64,000 bases of DNA from sequence record SRR20825010_1231. One strand, given 5' to 3'. Under the pieces are notes generated by a model, which saw only the letters and a list, made by a program, of their open reading frames with translations, was not told where the DNA came from and ran no database searches. The number at the start of each line of letters is the position of its first letter. Position 1 is the stretch's first letter. The position numbers were made by a program, and so were the translations under genes. Shown one piece after another: positions 38,633 through 49,063 of the stretch.

Positions 38633-38998
38633 ATGCCAACGATCAATCAACTCGTCCGTAAAAACCGGAAGCAGAAGAAGAGCCAGAGCAAGTCGCCGGT
38701 TCTCGAGAAATGCCCTCAAAAACAGGGTGTTTGCCTGCAAGTCCGGACCATGACCCCTAAGAAGCCAAACTCGGCTTTGCGGAAGATCACCCGGGTTCGA
38801 TTGAGCAACGGCAAAGAAGTCACCGTTTACATCCCCGGCGAAGGCCACAACCTGCAGGAGCACTCGATCGTGCTTGTTCGCGGTGGTCGTGTTCGCGATT
38901 TGCCCGGTGTTCGATACCAAGTTGTCCGCGGTTCACGCGACGCATTGGGTGTCGATGGCCGTAAGCAATCTCGCAGCCGTTACGGAGCCAAGAAGTAA
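38633..38998 (+). CDS. rpsL: 30S ribosomal protein S12
   Basis: [31 protein letters not shown]. Confidence 0.98.
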   Translation: MPTINQLVRKNRKQKKSQSKSPVLEKCPQKQGVCLQVRTMTPKKPNSALRKITRVRLSNGKEVTVYIPGEGHNLQEHSIVLVRGGRVRDLPGVRYQVVRGSRDALGVDGRKQSRSRYGAKK

Positions 38999-39072
38999 GG
39001 TTTCACCCTTCACTTCTCGGCCTCTGTCGTTTCCAAATCATTCACTTCCCTTCGTAGCTCGATCAGACATTC

Positions 39073-39546
39073 ATGGGACGCATCACTTCCAGCCGCTCGC
39101 AACTCATCGGCGACCCGCGGCACCACTCGTTGCTGGCTAGCAAATTCATCAACTGCTTGATGCTGGACGGAAAGAAGACCACCGCGCAGCGAGTCTTCTA
39201 CGATGCCCTGGAAGAGATCGGCAAACGTCACGAAGGCGAAGAGACCCCCATCGAAGTCTTCGAAGCGGCCTTGGAAAACATCAAGCCGTACATCGAAGTT
39301 CGCAGCAAGCGAGTCGGTGGTGCGAGTTACCAAGTTCCTATGCAGGTCAACAAAGCTCGCCAACAGAGCCTCGCGATCCGCTGGATCCTGGCTGCCGTTC
39401 GCGACAAAAAGGGCCGCCCAATGGCTTTGAAACTGGCCGATGAATTGCTGGCTGGCTTCAAAAAAGAAGGCGCCGCCTACACCAAACGCGAAAACACGCA
39501 CCGCATGGCCGACGCCAACAAGGCATTCGCTCACTTCGCATGGTGA
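39073..39546 (+). CDS. rpsG: 30S ribosomal protein S7
   Basis: [27 protein letters not shown]. Confidence 0.98.
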   Translation: MGRITSSRSQLIGDPRHHSLLASKFINCLMLDGKKTTAQRVFYDALEEIGKRHEGEETPIEVFEAALENIKPYIEVRSKRVGGASYQVPMQVNKARQQSLAIRWILAAVRDKKGRPMALKLADELLAGFKKEGAAYTKRENTHRMADANKAFAHFAW

Positions 39547-39689
39547 TCCACCACGTACGACTGAATTGATTTTCAGCCGCTACGCGCGATGCACTCTAAC
39601 GTTCACAATTGGTCGCGATTCGGTTCTGCCGGATCGCGATTTTTCTTTGCGCCTTCGCTCCAAACCGCTTTCCAACGCACCGACCCGCC

Positions 39690-41783
39690 ATGGCCGCCGA
39701 CATATCCAAGATTCGCAACATTGGGATCATCGCCCACATCGACGCTGGCAAAACCACTGTCACCGAGCGAATGCTCTACCTCAGCGGCGCGAAACACCGG
39801 GTTGGACGAGTGGACCACGGCACCACCGACACCGATGACGACCCCGAAGAACAAGAACGCGGCATCACGATCTTCAGCGCCTGCGTGAAGTACGCCTGGG
39901 GCGACTACAACGTCAACCTGCTGGACACTCCAGGCCACGTGGACTTCACCGCCGAAGTCGAACGCTGCCTCCGAGTCCTGGACGGAGCAGTCGTGGTGTT
40001 CTCCGCTCGCGAAGGCGTCGAGGCCCAAAGCGAAACCGTGTGGCGCCAGGCCGATCGCTACGAAGTCCCTCGCATCGTGTTCATCAACAAAATGGACCGC
40101 GAAGGAGCAAGCTTCGAGACCGTTTTCAATGACATCGGACCGCGATTGGGCGGCCGCCCCGTTGCGGTTGAACTGCCCGTCGGCGAAGGGCCCGCCCACG
40201 TCGACAACCCGTTCCGAGGTGTCATCGACCTGGTCGACATGAAGCTGCTGCAGTTCGATCCGGAAACTGAAGGCAAACAGGTCACCGAAACCAATCTGCC
40301 AGACGAACTGGCTGACGACGCTGCGATCTGGCGAGAGCAAATGCTGGAAGCGGTCTACGAGATGAGCGAAGACGCCATGAGCCTTGCAATGGAGGACAAA
40401 GAAGTCCCTCGCGATGTGATCCTGGCGGCACTGCGAAAGGGCTGCCTCGACCGAACCATCCAACCTGTCTTCTGCGGCTCCGCCCTTCATGGAATCGGCG
40501 TGCAGCCGCTGATGACCGGCGTCGGAAATTTCCTCCCCAGCCCACTCGATCGACCGGCAGTCGAAGGCCACGACCCCAAGAAACCAGACAAGACACTTTC
40601 ACGAAACCCAGACCCCAAAGAGCCATTTTGCGGTCTCGTCTTTAAGATTCTGCCCGCCAAAACAGGCGACAACTACTGGATTCGGATTTACAGCGGCGAG
40701 CTGAAACAAAACTCTCGCGTGCATTGCCCCAATCGAGACAAGAAGGAAAACGTCGCCCAAATCTGGCAGATTCACGCGACCAAAAAGGACCGCGACGGCC
40801 AAGTCGACTCCGTCGGAGCGGGTGACATCTGCTGCGTGATCGGACCGCGCTTCGCCATCACCGGCGACACCGTCTGCGACACAAAGGAACTGATCGAACT
40901 TCCCAGCATCAAATTTGCCGAGACAGTGCTCTCGATGGCGATCGAACCTGAAAGCACGGCGGACCGGAAGAAGCTGGAGGAAACCCTCGACATGCTTCGC
41001 CGCCAAGACCCAACCTTCCGGGCGGTCGACAACGAAGAGATCGGCCAGACGATCATCAGCGGGATGGGCGAACTGCACCTGGAAGTCATCCAGCACCGCC
41101 TGACTCGCGACTTTGGCCTGAACGTGAAGTTCTACAAGCCTCGAGTGAACTACCGAGAGACCATTGGCGGCAGCGCCGAACTGGTCGGCCAATGCAACCG
41201 CGTTGTCGGCTCCACCCAGATGTTCGCACGCCTGAAAGTGAAGATCAGCCCGACCGAAAACCCATCCGATCCAGTGATCGTCTTCGACCGACTTCCTCCC
41301 GACGTCGGCCTGCCCAACGCTGTCCGCAGTGCAGCGATCGACGAAATTCGCGACCGAGCCGAAGGCGGCGGTATGATCGCCGGATTCCCGCTCTCGGGCG
41401 TCCGCATCGACGTCATGGACGCCGAAATGGCCGAAGAAGGCAGCGACGAAGTTGCCTTTCGAATTGCCGCTGGCGATGCCTTCGAAAGCGGCTTGCAAGC
41501 CGCCGGGCCCGTGCTCTTAGAACCCGTCATGCGAGTCGAGGTCACCACACCAGAAGACTACATGGGCGAGATCGTCGGCGACCTGCAACAGCGTCGCGCC
41601 ATCATCGCATCCACCGAAAGCCGCGGGGCCATGACCGTGATCACGGCACACGCTCCACTGAAAGAAATGTTTGGCTACTCCGGAGCCGTACGAAGCCTCA
41701 GCCAAGGCCGAGCGGGAAGCAGCATGGAACCCTACGGCTACCAGGCAGCCCCCAAAGAAGACGCCGACAGCTTCCAGTACTAG
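39690..41783 (+). CDS. fusA: Elongation factor G (divergent str-operon copy)
   Basis: AHIDAGKTT, ERGITI, DTPGHVDF, NKMD, GMGELHLE. Confidence 0.95.
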   Translation: MAADISKIRNIGIIAHIDAGKTTVTERMLYLSGAKHRVGRVDHGTTDTDDDPEEQERGITIFSACVKYAWGDYNVNLLDTPGHVDFTAEVERCLRVLDGAVVVFSAREGVEAQSETVWRQADRYEVPRIVFINKMDREGASFETVFNDIGPRLGGRPVAVELPVGEGPAHVDNPFRGVIDLVDMKLLQFDPETEGKQVTETNLPDELADDAAIWREQMLEAVYEMSEDAMSLAMEDKEVPRDVILAALRKGCLDRTIQPVFCGSALHGIGVQPLMTGVGNFLPSPLDRPAVEGHDPKKPDKTLSRNPDPKEPFCGLVFKILPAKTGDNYWIRIYSGELKQNSRVHCPNRDKKENVAQIWQIHATKKDRDGQVDSVGAGDICCVIGPRFAITGDTVCDTKELIELPSIKFAETVLSMAIEPESTADRKKLEETLDMLRRQDPTFRAVDNEEIGQTIISGMGELHLEVIQHRLTRDFGLNVKFYKPRVNYRETIGGSAELVGQCNRVVGSTQMFARLKVKISPTENPSDPVIVFDRLPPDVGLPNAVRSAAIDEIRDRAEGGGMIAGFPLSGVRIDVMDAEMAEEGSDEVAFRIAAGDAFESGLQAAGPVLLEPVMRVEVTTPEDYMGEIVGDLQQRRAIIASTESRGAMTVITAHAPLKEMFGYSGAVRSLSQGRAGSSMEPYGYQAAPKEDADSFQY

Positions 41784-41966
41784 TATTGCCGTCGGCCAGC
41801 AAACGACAGAGCGACGGCCTGGAGCGACCACAGAGCACCCGGCCTTTTCGTAAACCGCCAGGCACAACTCAGTTCAACGCGACCTCGCTGCGACCAAAAA
41901 TCAGCCAAGAGCAAAGACCAGCGACATTCAACTCTGCGCTAGCCCGATGACAGGCTGCCGAGGCAG

Positions 41967-42515
41967 CTACGGAGCCTCGACCTGAGTGGGAGCAATCACC
42001 ATCGCATCCTCGGGACCGCCTGACCAAGCAGGCAACTGGACCTGCGTAGCGACCCATCCGCCATGCACGACCTTTCCCTGCGAGGCCCCGGACGCCTCGC
42101 CAACCCAACGCAAACGAGCAGACGACGCATCGGTTTCTACCGGGATCACCCCGCCGTTTTCGGCATCAACGAGTGGCTTGATTGCCAACAACCGATCCAA
42201 GGTTTGGCGACACTGCTTTAAACAAGGCCGCGCCGCGGCACCGACCTGATCATCACCATACTGGTCCAGATTCTCGTGGATCAAATCCACCAGCCGACCG
42301 TCTCTCTGAAGCGCCCCCAATAACGCGATTGCGTCGCTCTGCGCCGGCGTCTGCCGAACCGGCTTCGCGGGCGCCTGCTCCACAGCAGCCGGCACGGACT
42401 TCGCTGACGACGAAGACGCCAAATCGACGCCATCCAAAGCCAACGCCACTCGCTCAGCGACCTCCCGGTCAAACATTGCCTGCCAAAACGCTCTCAGAGC
42501 CAAACCCAAACGCAT
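41967..42515 (-). CDS. DUF2760 family protein
   Basis: LLGALQRDGRLVDLIHE..D.QVGAAAR; G.VVHGGW; IAPTQVE. Confidence 0.78.
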   Translation of the reverse strand: MRLGLALRAFWQAMFDREVAERVALALDGVDLASSSSAKSVPAAVEQAPAKPVRQTPAQSDAIALLGALQRDGRLVDLIHENLDQYGDDQVGAAARPCLKQCRQTLDRLLAIKPLVDAENGGVIPVETDASSARLRWVGEASGASQGKVVHGGWVATQVQLPAWSGGPEDAMVIAPTQVEAP

Positions 42516-42606
42516 CTCGATGCTACCTCAAGAACCAATCACGAGCAGAAAACGCCGACAAACCTAGCTGACCGCCAAGCCCAATGAACACGAACCAGAG
42601 ACTGAG

Positions 42607-43911
42607 CTACGAAGCCGACGAAGCGACAGGCCCCGCGTCCGCTTTTCCGGCCGCCAGACACTTCCCAATCTGGCGAACCGCCTGACGCAAGCGGTGCTCA
42701 TTCTCAACCAAAGACATCCGCAAATAGCCTTCACCCGCGGCACCAAAACCACTGCCTGGACTGACCGCCACGTTGCCGTCTTCCAGCAACATCATTGCGA
42801 AATCCATGGTGCTCATCTGGCTCTTCCAAGGCTCGGGAACCTCAGCCCAAACGAACATCCCCGCCTTCGGCGGATTGACATTCCAACCGAGTCGCCGCAA
42901 ACCGCTAACCAACACATCGCGCCGACTTTGATAGACCTCAGACTGCTTTGCAACGGTCGCTTCGGTTTCGCGAAGAGCCACAATCGCGGCGATCTGAATC
43001 GCCTGGAACATGCCGTAGTCGTAATAGCCCTTGATCGTACCCAAGCCACGAACCATATCCGCGTTCCCAGCGCAGAAACCAACACGCCAACCGGCCATGT
43101 TGTACCCCTTGCTCATCGTCGTGAATTCAACCCCCACATCCTTGGCACCAGGAGCGGAAAGAAAACTCGGCGGCACATAACCATCGAACGCCACGTCGGC
43201 GTAGGCGAAGTCATGAATGACCATCAAGCCGTACTTCTTCGCCAGGCGAACCACCTCAACAAAGAAGTCACCCTCGATCACCGCCGACGATGGGTTATGC
43301 GGGTAATTGACAATCAAAACCTTTGGCCGCGGCGTCAGGTTTTCGCAGGTGTAAGCCACGTTGCTGAGAAACTTATCGGGATCCGCGACATCGAGCGCCA
43401 CCACATTTCCCGACGCCAAAATCACGCCATACATGTGAACTGGAAAATACGGTGATGGAATGATCGCTGTGTCGCCCGGCCCCATCAAAGCCAAACACAT
43501 GTGCGAGAAACCTTCCTTGCTGCCCAAGCAAGCGATGATCTCGCCTTCGGGATCCAATCGCACGCCGTATTTGCGGTGATATTTGCTAGCCACCTCGCGA
43601 CGAAGATTTGTAATCCCGTTTGACTTGCTGTAGCCGTGGTTCCCGATATCAGCCGCCGCATCATTCAGTTTCTGAACAACGATCGGATCCGGCGGGTCCG
43701 ACGGATTGCCCATCCCCAGGTCAATGACATCATCCCCAGCACGCCGCTTTTGATACAGCAGGTTATTGATGCGCCCAAACATGTAAGGAGGCAAACGGTC
43801 GACCCGCGACGCCAACTTCACTTCGAATTCTGCTGGCTCAGGATCCGTCGTGGGCGAATCGATTGCGGGCGCGTCGATGTTGGGCGTGTCGGGATTGAAG
43901 GTGTCACTCAT
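42607..43911 (-). CDS. PLP-dependent aminotransferase class I/II (AlaC/DapL-like)
   Basis: [37 protein letters not shown]. Confidence 0.9.
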   Translation of the reverse strand: MSDTFNPDTPNIDAPAIDSPTTDPEPAEFEVKLASRVDRLPPYMFGRINNLLYQKRRAGDDVIDLGMGNPSDPPDPIVVQKLNDAAADIGNHGYSKSNGITNLRREVASKYHRKYGVRLDPEGEIIACLGSKEGFSHMCLALMGPGDTAIIPSPYFPVHMYGVILASGNVVALDVADPDKFLSNVAYTCENLTPRPKVLIVNYPHNPSSAVIEGDFFVEVVRLAKKYGLMVIHDFAYADVAFDGYVPPSFLSAPGAKDVGVEFTTMSKGYNMAGWRVGFCAGNADMVRGLGTIKGYYDYGMFQAIQIAAIVALRETEATVAKQSEVYQSRRDVLVSGLRRLGWNVNPPKAGMFVWAEVPEPWKSQMSTMDFAMMLLEDGNVAVSPGSGFGAAGEGYLRMSLVENEHRLRQAVRQIGKCLAAGKADAGPVASSAS

Positions 43912-44041
43912 TTTGACGCCAAGGTTAAAATTGCCAGGAAATAAACGAAAACCGCCAGCCCTCTCGAGACCAACGCGGGCCGCATTCTCACACGCATCCG
44001 CCACATTCGTGTAGGGGGAATCAAACTTTTGGGTCGGATTT

Positions 44042-44602
44042 TCAATCGAACTGCAATCGAACCAACCATTCCGCGACGCTGAGAACGCCGAGAAACACGA
44101 CACCAAAACCAACCCACCAGTTCACCCTGCGAGACAAACAGCGGCCATACCAAACCAACCTCAAACCCAACACCAACAACACCAAAACGAAAAAACCCAG
44201 CAACATCCCCGACAAATTGGCGGAAGCGGAGGCAACCAAATCACCCCGCGTCAACCAACTCCAAGAAGTCGTCATCCCGCACGCAGGGCACCGAACCCCA
44301 AACAACATCCGCATCGAGCACGGGGGCAGCCCCAACTGCTGATGCGTCCCCAGCCCTGCCGACGCTGGCGACAACGAACGAGCCACACCGAGCAACCCAC
44401 CGCCGACCAACACCCAAACGGCAACAAGCCCGCGAACACCAAAACCGCACGACTCCCCCGACAAACCGACGAGCGACCGGGCACAGCCAACATCAATACA
44501 ATCGGAACCAACACCGCCTGAAGAAGCAGACGATTCGCCTTCAAGTTCAACGCCCAATCGATCATCCGCCCCGAAAAAAGCCCAACGAAAGCAAACCAAC
44601 AA
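44042..44602 (-). CDS. DUF2752 family membrane protein (start uncertain)
   Basis: [11 protein letters not shown]...[10 protein letters not shown] plus TM helices. Confidence 0.75.
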   Translation of the reverse strand: MLVCFRWAFFGADDRLGVELEGESSASSGGVGSDCIDVGCARSLVGLSGESCGFGVRGLVAVWVLVGGGLLGVARSLSPASAGLGTHQQLGLPPCSMRMLFGVRCPACGMTTSWSWLTRGDLVASASANLSGMLLGFFVLVLLVLGLRLVWYGRCLSRRVNWWVGFGVVFLGVLSVAEWLVRLQFD

Positions 44603-44835
44603 ACCCTCTCAACCCACTTTGCCCCGCCTATTCAAGGCAAGTCAACCAACACCGACTCAAGGGAACGAACAATCGCGTCGATGACCATTGCCTTGGAGAA
44701 TCGAAAACACGAAAGACAGAGAGCGCAAAAGAGGCGAATCCACGCTTCCTAGCACGGAACAGGCCGCGACATGTCGCTGCCAAGATCAATCCAGGCAAAA
44801 TCAACGGCTTTTTTTAATCAATTGTTCAAAAGCCG

Positions 44836-44864
44836 TTGACGCTCAATGACGTCAACCGTACATT
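44836..44864 (+). promoter_or_regulatory. Putative sigma70 promoter of the S10 operon
   Basis: TTGACG-N17-TACATT, preceded by an AT-rich UP-like tract. Confidence 0.6.
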
Positions 44865-44933
44865 CTCGCCTCCCCACGGCAAAGTTGCTGTGAGGAATGG
44901 ACTCGTTTCTCGTTCCCGACTTGGAAGTAAGCA

Positions 44934-45260
44934 GTGTCAACCGGCCCCAGCGAAGTCATCCGCATTCGAATGGAAGCGTACGACCATGCCGTGCTGGACC
45001 AGAGTGCCCGCGACATTGTCGACACCGTCAAAGCGACCGCCAGCATTGTGCATGGCCCGATCCCTTTGCCAACCCGAATCGAACGATACACGGTTCTGTC
45101 GAGCCCCTTCGTCAACAAGAAGGCTCGCCAACAATATGAAATCCGAACGCACAAGCGTTTGGTGGACATCGTTCAGGCATCCGCCAAGACGATCGAAGCA
45201 CTCAACAAGCTAAGCCTGCCGGCTGGTGTCGATATCAAGATCAAGGCGTCCGCCCGCTGA
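44934..45260 (+). CDS. rpsJ: 30S ribosomal protein S10
   Basis: [23 protein letters not shown]. Confidence 0.97.
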   Translation: MSTGPSEVIRIRMEAYDHAVLDQSARDIVDTVKATASIVHGPIPLPTRIERYTVLSSPFVNKKARQQYEIRTHKRLVDIVQASAKTIEALNKLSLPAGVDIKIKASAR

Positions 45261-45594
45261 TCGGTCGACAATCGCACTTCGCAACCCCGGCACTCAACTG
45301 ACAAAGAGCCATCACTGACCGAGCCACCGCGAATCACTTCGCTGGCAAAACCAGTCTTCAACCGGCCTCCCAGTCAGAACAAGATCGGACCCCACGGCAA
45401 CATGCCACCTCACCGGGGACCGACTCAAGTTACCCCATCACACACACGAATTGGTCACGGTTTTCCGCATGGTCGGATGTCGCGGCGAAATCACTCAGGC
45501 TCGGCGTCCGCCGATCACATGAGCAGATCGCCTCGAAGGTCTCGGAACTCCTAACGAATCGCACATCGCTCGCTAACCGCGAGCAGGAACTGTT

Positions 45595-46281
45595 ATGTCA
45601 CCATCTATTCTTGGCCGTAAAATTGGGATGACTCAGATCTTCCTGGAAGACGGAACCGCTGTTCCCGTCACGGTCGTGCAAGCTGGCCCTTGCCACGTGC
45701 TTCAAGTACGCAGCAAAGACCGCGACGGCTATGAAGCCGTTCAAATGGGTTTCGAAGACAAGCCTCGCCGCCTGGCAAAACGCAGTGAGCGTGGCCAAGT
45801 TGCTACCATCGAAAGCAAACGTTCTAAGAAACGCTCGGCCGCCGGAATCGAAGCTCCCGCCAAGGCAGATTGCGAACCACAACGATTCGTTCGCGAATTC
45901 CGCGGATCATCCGAAGCAAACGTCGGCGACACCCTCACCGTCGAGCAGTTCAACGACGTCAAGAAAGTCGACATCACCGGCACCAGCAAGGGCCGAGGCT
46001 TCGCCGGGGTCATGAAGCGACACAACTTCGCCGGCCAACGAGCAACACACGGCGTCAAGAAGTGCCACCGCCACGCTGGTGGTACCGGGATGAGTGCATC
46101 GCCTAGCCGCACATTCAAAGGCAAGCGAATGGCTGGCCAATACGGCAACGCCAAAGTCACCACCCGCAACCTGGAAGTCGTTCGCGTCGACGCAGAAAAC
46201 AACCTGCTGATGATTCGCGGTGCGGTTCCCGGACCCAACGGCGGCTTTGTCTCGATTCGTCAAACCAACAAAGTCGGCTGA
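45595..46281 (+). CDS. rplC: 50S ribosomal protein L3
   Basis: GRKIGMTQ, SKGRGFAGVMKRH, GAVPGP. Confidence 0.97.
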   Translation: MSPSILGRKIGMTQIFLEDGTAVPVTVVQAGPCHVLQVRSKDRDGYEAVQMGFEDKPRRLAKRSERGQVATIESKRSKKRSAAGIEAPAKADCEPQRFVREFRGSSEANVGDTLTVEQFNDVKKVDITGTSKGRGFAGVMKRHNFAGQRATHGVKKCHRHAGGTGMSASPSRTFKGKRMAGQYGNAKVTTRNLEVVRVDAENNLLMIRGAVPGPNGGFVSIRQTNKVG

Positions 46282-46292
46282 GGAAAACAATC

Positions 46293-46961
46293 ATGGCAAA
46301 CCTACCTATCCTCGACGCCTCCGGCAAAGAAGTCGGCCAGTACGAGATCGACACCGAACAAATCGCCAACCGAGTCAGCAAACAACTGCTGCACGACGTG
46401 GTGGTCATGTACCAAGCCAACAAACGCCAAGGCTCGCACAACACGCGAACCCGCGGTCAAGTCAGCGGTACCAACAAGAAGATGTACCGCCAAAAGGGCA
46501 CCGGCAACGCACGTGCCGGCTCCAAGCGAACCAACGTTCGTCGTGGTGGTGGTGTTGCACGGACCGTCAAACCTCGCGACTACAGCTATCGCCTTCCCAA
46601 GAAAGCGATCAAGATCGCCACTCGCATGGCAATCCGCTCGCGAATCGACGACGGCGAAATCGTTGTCATCAACGAACTGAAGCTGGACGCACCAAAGACC
46701 AGCCAAATTGCTCAGATCCTAAAGAACCTCGGACTGGCGAACACGACCACTTTGATCGCAACCGCTGGCGATGACCAAATCATCTACAAGAGCGGTCGCA
46801 ACATCAGCGGCGTGACGGTCGAACCCGTTCGCCAACTGAACGCACTGACCCTGCTGACTCCAAAACGAGTACTCTTCACGCAAGAAGCACTGGACCGAGT
46901 CAAAGACGGCACATTCGCCGGTTCCACCCAGAACACCAACGAAGCGGAGGCAGCGGCCTGA
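46293..46961 (+). CDS. rplD: 50S ribosomal protein L4
   Basis: RQKGTGNARAGS. Confidence 0.97.
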   Translation: MANLPILDASGKEVGQYEIDTEQIANRVSKQLLHDVVVMYQANKRQGSHNTRTRGQVSGTNKKMYRQKGTGNARAGSKRTNVRRGGGVARTVKPRDYSYRLPKKAIKIATRMAIRSRIDDGEIVVINELKLDAPKTSQIAQILKNLGLANTTTLIATAGDDQIIYKSGRNISGVTVEPVRQLNALTLLTPKRVLFTQEALDRVKDGTFAGSTQNTNEAEAAA

Positions 46962-46962
46962 T

Positions 46963-47286
46963 ATGTCTGCGATCCAACCACCCAAACCTGTTGAACGTAA
47001 GATCGAACTGGAACCCCACCAGATCTTGCTGAAACCGCTCGTGACCGAAAAAGGCGTGCACCGCGCGACACGGAACAACCAATACGCGTTCCAAATTCAC
47101 CGCGATGCCACCAAATTGGACGTCAAAAAGGCTGTTGAACATTTGTTCGACGTCAAAGTCCTCAAGGTCCGCACCCAGACCCGCAAAGGGAAAGCCCGCC
47201 GGTTCAAATACAAGATTGGACGAACCAGCGACTGGAAGAAAGCAATCGTCTCGCTTCACGAAGACCATCGCATCGACTTCTTCTAG
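46963..47286 (+). CDS. rplW: 50S ribosomal protein L23
   Basis: PLVTEK, WKKAIVSL. Confidence 0.96.
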   Translation: MSAIQPPKPVERKIELEPHQILLKPLVTEKGVHRATRNNQYAFQIHRDATKLDVKKAVEHLFDVKVLKVRTQTRKGKARRFKYKIGRTSDWKKAIVSLHEDHRIDFF

Positions 47287-47383
47287 GACACTGTGAAGGT
47301 CTTTGGGTTCACCAAAGACCTGAAACCAATCTCAACGCAACACTTCCCCGCACAGAAACAGCTCGCAAGAAAAAGCGATACTC

Positions 47384-48244
47384 ATGGGCATCCGAATCTA
47401 CAAGCCGACCAGCGCCGGCCGACGCAACGCGTCGGTCAGCGACTTCAAGGAACTGACGCCTGGCTACACGCCAGAACGTTCCTTGCTGCGTCCAAAGACA
47501 AAAACCGGCGGACGGAACAACCAGGGCAAAATCACTTCACGTCACCGTGGTGGCGGGCACAAGCAAAAATATCGTGTCATCGACTTCCGTCGCGTTAAAG
47601 ACGGCGTCGTTGCAACGGTCGACTCGGTTCAGTATGACCCGAACCGCACCGCACGCATCGCTTTGCTGAAATACCCCGATGGCGAGAAGCATTACGTGAT
47701 CGCACCTTTGGGAGTGGCCGCGGGCGACAAACTACAAAACGGACCCGACGCACCTCCAGTGGTTGGCAACTGCTTGCCGCTGAAAAACATCCCTTTGGGA
47801 ACCTCGGTTTGCTGCATTGAAATGCGTGCCGGCCGCGGGGCAGTGATGTGCCGCTCGGCGGGAACGCAAGCAACCCTTCAAGCTCGCGAAGCTGATTGGG
47901 CCCAGCTGTTGCTTCCATCTGGCGAAGTGCGTCGTGTGCCAAGTGCTTGCCGTGCAACCATCGGCCAAGTCGGCAACAGCGACCACATGAATGTCGTACT
48001 CGGTAAGGCGGGTCGTTCACGTTGGTTGGGTCGTCGACCTCACGTTCGTGGTACTGCCATGAACCCGATCGATCACCCACACGGTGGTGGTGAAGGTCGA
48101 ACCAAAGGTGGACGTCACCCAGTCAGCCCATCGGGCAAGAGTGCTAAGGGCGGCCGTACACGTCAAAAACGTAAACCAAGCAACTCGTCGATCGTTCGCC
48201 GACGCAAGAGTCGTCGCTACGGTCAGTTGAAACTCCACAAGTAG
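47384..48244 (+). CDS. rplB: 50S ribosomal protein L2
   Basis: [27 protein letters not shown]. Confidence 0.98.
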   Translation: MGIRIYKPTSAGRRNASVSDFKELTPGYTPERSLLRPKTKTGGRNNQGKITSRHRGGGHKQKYRVIDFRRVKDGVVATVDSVQYDPNRTARIALLKYPDGEKHYVIAPLGVAAGDKLQNGPDAPPVVGNCLPLKNIPLGTSVCCIEMRAGRGAVMCRSAGTQATLQAREADWAQLLLPSGEVRRVPSACRATIGQVGNSDHMNVVLGKAGRSRWLGRRPHVRGTAMNPIDHPHGGGEGRTKGGRHPVSPSGKSAKGGRTRQKRKPSNSSIVRRRKSRRYGQLKLHK

Positions 48245-48278
48245 GCCACCCTTTCAGCGGCAACTCCGGTAAAAAATC

Positions 48279-48548
48279 ATGAGTCGAAGCAGTAAGAAGG
48301 GTCCCTTTGTTGACCCGAAAGTCTTTTTCAAAGTTCAGAAGGCAGCCGAAACCGGCTCGAAAGAACCGATCAAGACATGGGCGCGATCTTGCACGATCGT
48401 TCCAGAATTCGTGAACGTCACGTTCATGGTTCACAACGGACGCCAACACATCAAAGTGTTGGTGACCGAAGACATGGTGGGTCACAAACTCGGTGAGTTT
48501 GCTCCCACGCGGACCTTCAAGGGTCACGGCGGCAAGGGCAAACGCTAG
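48279..48548 (+). CDS. rpsS: 30S ribosomal protein S19
   Basis: [20 protein letters not shown]. Confidence 0.98.
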   Translation: MSRSSKKGPFVDPKVFFKVQKAAETGSKEPIKTWARSCTIVPEFVNVTFMVHNGRQHIKVLVTEDMVGHKLGEFAPTRTFKGHGGKGKR

Positions 48549-48608
48549 TCAGTAGCGTCCCACCATACGGTTGGTGAATTTCACGAGTCAAACGATTTAG
48601 CGACAGAC

Positions 48609-48968
48609 ATGTCTCAATTCAACGCATATCATAAGAACGCCCGCATCAGCGCCCAAAAGGTGCGTCTGGTTGCCGATTTGGTTCGTGGCATGTTTGCCGA
48701 CGAAGCATTGGACACCCTGAAGTATCAGCCCCAACGTGGAGCTCGCATGCTTGAGAAGGTGATCAAAAGTGCTGTCGGAAACGCTCAAGATCCAGATCAA
48801 AACAGCGGACGCAGCCATCGCATCGAAGAACTGGTCATCACCGACGTTCGCGTCGACGGCGGCCCAATGTTCAAACGCATCCAGCCTCGTGCTCGCGGCA
48901 TGGCGTTCATGATCAAGAAACGTTCCAGCCACATCCGTGTGGGCCTGACACACATCGAAAACGTCTAG
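48609..48968 (+). CDS. rplV: 50S ribosomal protein L22
   Basis: RISAQKVRLVAD, PRARG. Confidence 0.97.
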   Translation: MSQFNAYHKNARISAQKVRLVADLVRGMFADEALDTLKYQPQRGARMLEKVIKSAVGNAQDPDQNSGRSHRIEELVITDVRVDGGPMFKRIQPRARGMAFMIKKRSSHIRVGLTHIENV

Positions 48969-49063
48969 TTAAGGTTTGCCGAGGGGCACCCTCGAGCATT
49001 CAAACGACACCAAACACAACACCGTTTATTTAACTCCCTGCCTTCAGCACTCAGCACTCTCCC

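Noticed and set aside
39603-41950. Long antisense and alternate-frame ORFs over fusA (and similar ones over r-protein, sulfatase and kinase genes)
   Set aside because: Shadow ORFs expected from GC-rich codon bias; the main frames carry clear family motifs.
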